Source: Zancudomyces culisetae HAW-14-8 (Eukaryota; Fungi; Kickxellomycota). From it: 64,000 bases of DNA. Position numbers and translations under genes: made by a program. The stretch lies in the NCBI GenBank assembly GCA_052426225.1, contig JBNJNM010000011.1, positions 4,526,001 to 4,590,000 on the forward strand, written 5' to 3'. Below are positions 60,395 through 64,000 of this stretch, piece after piece. The stretch's first letter is position 1. Each line of letters starts with the position of its first letter. The notes below the pieces were generated by a model. It did no database searches. It had not been told where the DNA came from and saw nothing but the letters and a program-made list of their open reading frames with translations.

Positions 60395-61944
60395 ATGTCA
60401 CCCGCTATAACAGAAATTGCAGACGGTAAAAGAAAAAATCCTGGAACCATGAAGAAAAATGAGCACGTTAATCCAAGCGATCATTTCTACAGATTGCGTG
60501 AGGGAAGCGTCGGATCACAAGACTCGAACGGTGTGGAATTCTTAGGTAGTGTAGAAGAGGATAAACAAGTAGATTCCCGAAGAAGAACGAAAGATCTAGA
60601 AAAAGACATTCTGAAATGTCCTCATTCGGTTCTTGCTGAAGAACGAATAAAAAATCAAAGCGATCCAATGAAAAAAACGTTTTTATTACCGGATAGTTCC
60701 GCAAAGCCTAGTTTTTCGGTAGGCTCGCGAGAATCAGCGTTGGCGCTAGTGCAAACTAACCATGTAATCTCATGCCTAAAGAAGGAATATCCAACGCTTG
60801 AATTTCCTCTTCTTACAATGGCGACGATTGGTGACAAAGTTTTGGACGTTGCCCTAGCAAAAATAGGTGAAAAATCGCTATTTACAAAAGAGCTTGAGGT
60901 AGCACTAGCACAAAAACAAGTGGATCTGGTTGTGCACAGTCTCAAAGATCTTCCAACAACACTTCCACCAGGGATGAAAATAGGAGCAATTCTACAAAGA
61001 GAGGACCCCAGAGATGCTGTAATAATGAACCCAAAGTATTCAGGCTTTAAGCTCAGTACGCTGCCCAAAGGCAGCATTGTAGGAACTAGCAGTGTGCGTC
61101 GAATTGCTCAAATTAAAAAAAACTTTCCACATCTGGAGTTCAGAGATATTGTAAATCTGTTTCTATTCCTTCTTTAACTAAACATTCGATACAAGTTGGG
61201 AAACCTAATTTGTAATATTAAATGCATATCTTTTTTTTTTTACTGAAATGTTGAAACATTGTGGATACTTTTGAATAGAGAGGGAATCTGAACACTCGAT
61301 TTAAAAAGCTTGATGCCGAAGACTCTGTGTACGCCGCACTAGTGCTAGCTGTAGCTGGCGTGCGGAGAATGGGCTGGGAAGACAGAATCTCTGAATTCCT
61401 TGATCCTCAAGTCTCGATGAAATACGCCGTGGGCCAGGGCGCACTTGCAGTAGAGGTCCGTGATGACGACTATGCTACAATGTCTCTCATTAAACCACTG
61501 ATACACAATAAAACAATGGTTGAATGCACAGCAGAACGTGCACTGATGCGAAAGCTAGAGGGTGGCTGCTCCATTCCTATTGGCGTTTCTTCGCGCTGGA
61601 TTTTGGATCCAAGCGATATTAGCTCTATTACTTCATCATCATCATCTACAGAGCAGCGTAAATCACCACCAACTCATTATCTGTTCTTGTCAGCGATAGT
61701 TTTAAGTCTTGACGGTTCCAAAGTCGCTCAAGCCGAGATTACTGAAGAATTTGTCTTTAGTGATAACAATGCTGATGTACAAGATAACCCTCATTGTGTC
61801 CGGTTCGACAATGTTGTTGATGATCGCCATCTAGCCATTGCTGAGGAAATAGGCTACAAATTGGCCGATAAACTGATCACCTTGGGCGCAAAAGATATAT
61901 TAAAGGAAATCTCCAATGTTCCATTAAATACAAAGCCCACATAG
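60395..61944 (+). CDS. HEM3: Porphobilinogen deaminase (hydroxymethylbilane synthase); exons 60395-61150 and 61279-61944
   Basis: [56 protein letters not shown], spliced [37 protein letters not shown] (cofactor Cys). Confidence 0.97.
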
Positions 61945-62477
61945 CACCACTCTCTGTTTCACTTTGTTATTACAGCGATCTTTTATTTTGCTTTATTTTA
62001 TTCTACTTTATATTTTGGCTACAACAATTCTTAATCTGCGCTTACTGTTTAATTTTATTTCAAATACCCTATCACGTTTTTTTTAGACTAATTACAAAAC
62101 CTTGAAACACAAAGCTCTATTTCCTGATTTGTACACTTTACATCCATGATCAAAATGATGAATTATCTGAGTACCCACTTCCTTTAGCCAACTCCATGAG
62201 CTTCGATTTAACCTTTTGAAACAAAGAGGTTCACAATTAACTCACCAATAAAACAGTGTTGCACTTGGTTGATGCCATAAAAGACGCCAAAATGAGTTTC
62301 ATGGAATTTTAGTTCATTATCGTATTGAAATATGAAAAAAATTAGACATGGAAACAAAGAAACAAAACTAAATATAAACGTTAGATAGAGTTTTTATATA
62401 CCTACACAAAAAATATCCAAAAAAAGGCATCAAGATTCTAGAAAAGGTGTAGATATTGTACTGGAGAGTTACAGGCT

Positions 62478-64000
62478 TTATAAAAGGTCTTTGATATTTG
62501 TTATGCATGGTGAAGGTGTTGAGACGAGCACTGTAGATTTGTTAACGATAACAGTAGTCGATCCGTTGTCAAGAGTTGAGGTTGAAAGCTTCACATCAAC
62601 TCTGTATTTGGTTCTATTGTATACAATCACCGAGCCGATCTTTGTGTAGCAGGTTTGGCGACCCACAGGAGTCGAAGCGTTTGTGCTAATATCTGGTGGC
62701 TGTGTAATTACATATGTAGGTTTAGATGTAGGTGTAGGTGTAGGTGTTGGTGTTGGTGTTGGTGTAGGAGTAGGAGTTGGTGTTGGAGTTGGAGTAGGAG
62801 TAGGAGTAGGAGTAGGAGTTGGAGTAGGAGTTGGTGTTGGTGTTGGAGTTGGTGTTGGAGTTGGTGTTGGAGTTGGTGTTGGAGTTGGAGTTGGAGTTGG
62901 AGTTGGTGTTGGAGTTGGTGTTGGAGTTGGTGTGGATGTATAACTAGAACTGCTTGTTGGATTCACTGTAGGTGCAGATGTTGGAGTTGGCATGGGTATG
63001 AGTGTAGACATCGATGTGGGTATAGATGCTTCACTGGTTGAAATAATGGTGGACCTGCTTTCTGATGAAGATACTGACCAATCAGTAACGGTTGTTACGC
63101 TAGAAGGCCCATGGGTCGTTGTCTCACTTTCTGAAACTGCCGAATCATTGGTACTTGTGATCTCAGTGACGGATTCTAATTCACTATCATCGCTAGTTGA
63201 GTCTAGTGACGTACTTTGATCGATAGGACTAAGGGTTCCATCCCTACCTGTATTCGTAATGGTGTATGTATAATCCTCATACTCACTCTCTACACTCTCG
63301 TACTCACTCTCTACGCTCACAGAACTGCTCTCCACATCCATAGAGCTGCTCTCCACACTTATAGAATCGCTCTCTTCACTATGCTCGCTGCTGCTTGTAA
63401 CGCTCAGAGACGAAGTATCTGAACCCTGTGATTGAATATCACAATCATTTAAGCACGTCAGCTGAAGTGAACTGTAGGTTGCATCACCAGTATACACACC
63501 AAAATCGATAAATTTGACACCAAATGATCCAGGCACAGTATAATTTGTCAATATATAATTGTCATCATCGCCGGATAACAACCCAATTGCGATATTCTGT
63601 CCCGTGACATCTATATAAAAGTCTGTGTTATTTCTTGTCAAAGACACTTGATTATAGCCAGTAATTTCATTATTGATATCGGCTTGGTAAAATATACCAA
63701 AGTTTGATGACCAAAAACCAAATATTGCCTGAACTACACTGTTATCACCTGATGAAGCAGTAAGTGGGTTTTTGACTCCAGCTAGTGAAATAACTGGATC
63801 AGTTTCTGTTTTAACTTTTCCGCTAATTCGGAAACTTGACGAGGTACATGTATTCTCGATGGGATTCGTCCAAGTACCCTGTCCAAAATCACCACTGTTA
63901 TTTACCGATACGTTATCTATGGTTATTTTTGTCTTCTCTACGCAATCAGTATAAGCTGTAGCAACAAACCCATAAGCAAATAATGACGCTAAAAGCTTTT
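62478..64000 (-). CDS. Secreted mucin/adhesin-like glycoprotein, 5'-partial at the window edge
   Basis: The frame is open from 63998 ([19 protein letters not shown]..., signal-peptide-like). Then a ~180-aa beta-rich domain with many NxS/T sites, a Ser/Glu/Thr stalk, a long Thr-Pro repeat and a short Cys-bounded C-terminal domain. Confidence 0.8.
   Translation of the reverse strand, partial: KLLASLFAYGFVATAYTDCVEKTKITIDNVSVNNSGDFGQGTWTNPIENTCTSSSFRISGKVKTETDPVISLAGVKNPLTASSGDNSVVQAIFGFWSSNFGIFYQADINNEITGYNQVSLTRNNTDFYIDVTGQNIAIGLLSGDDDNYILTNYTVPGSFGVKFIDFGVYTGDATYSSLQLTCLNDCDIQSQGSDTSSLSVTSSSEHSEESDSISVESSSMDVESSSVSVESEYESVESEYEDYTYTITNTGRDGTLSPIDQSTSLDSTSDDSELESVTEITSTNDSAVSESETTTHGPSSVTTVTDWSVSSSESRSTIISTSEASIPTSMSTLIPMPTPTSAPTVNPTSSSSYTSTPTPTPTPTPTPTPTPTPTPTPTPTPTPTPTPTPTPTPTPTPTPTPTPTPTPTPTPTPTPTPTPTPTPTSKPTYVITQPPDISTNASTPVGRQTCYTKIGSVIVYNRTKYRVDVKLSTSTLDNGSTTVIVNKSTVLVSTPSPCITNIKDLL
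62727..62933 (-). repeat. Hexanucleotide coding repeat encoding a (Thr-Pro)n rod
   Basis: TGTAGG/TGTTGG/AGTTGG/AGTAGG units on the + strand; variation is confined to synonymous positions. Confidence 0.95.

Noticed and set aside
1-64000. CRISPR arrays, transposases, retroelements
   Set aside because: Eukaryotic gene-dense DNA with no repeat-spacer arrays and no RT, integrase or transposase motifs in any ORF.

Overview
AT-rich eukaryotic genomic DNA with short GT-AG introns and fungal-type genes. A class IV chitin synthase, PMP3, PHO88 and Mis13 plus a Ki-67-like gene point to an early-diverging fungus; Zoopagomycota/Harpellales is my inference, not proven. About 25 protein genes are supported: CHS class IV, ALG2, a CxxC-less PDI-like protein, epoxide hydrolase, DSN1/Mis13, a Ki-67-like FHA + PP1-binding protein, an MFS permease, HSP70, CWC21, PHO88, THOC3/TEX1, EMC6, a MoCF/CinA-domain protein, two PMP3-family genes, an ABCB/MDR transporter, RPL5, HEM3 and several secreted Cys-rich or mucin-like proteins. 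There is also a tRNA-Thr(AGT). Items the ORF track misses: (1) an snR60/SNORD80-type box C/D snoRNA in RPL5 intron 2; (2) a 33-aa, 9-Cys metallothionein gene; (3) a GC-AG intron in ALG2; (4) spliced CBM19-like and Cys-rich GPI-type secreted genes; (5) an unexplained GC-richer, end-paired ~165-nt element downstream of HSP70. The most striking protein-level observation is the Ki-67/RepoMan-architecture gene overlapping tail-to-tail with the kinetochore gene DSN1. No mobile element or CRISPR array is recognisable. All homology calls are from recalled motifs, not database searches.
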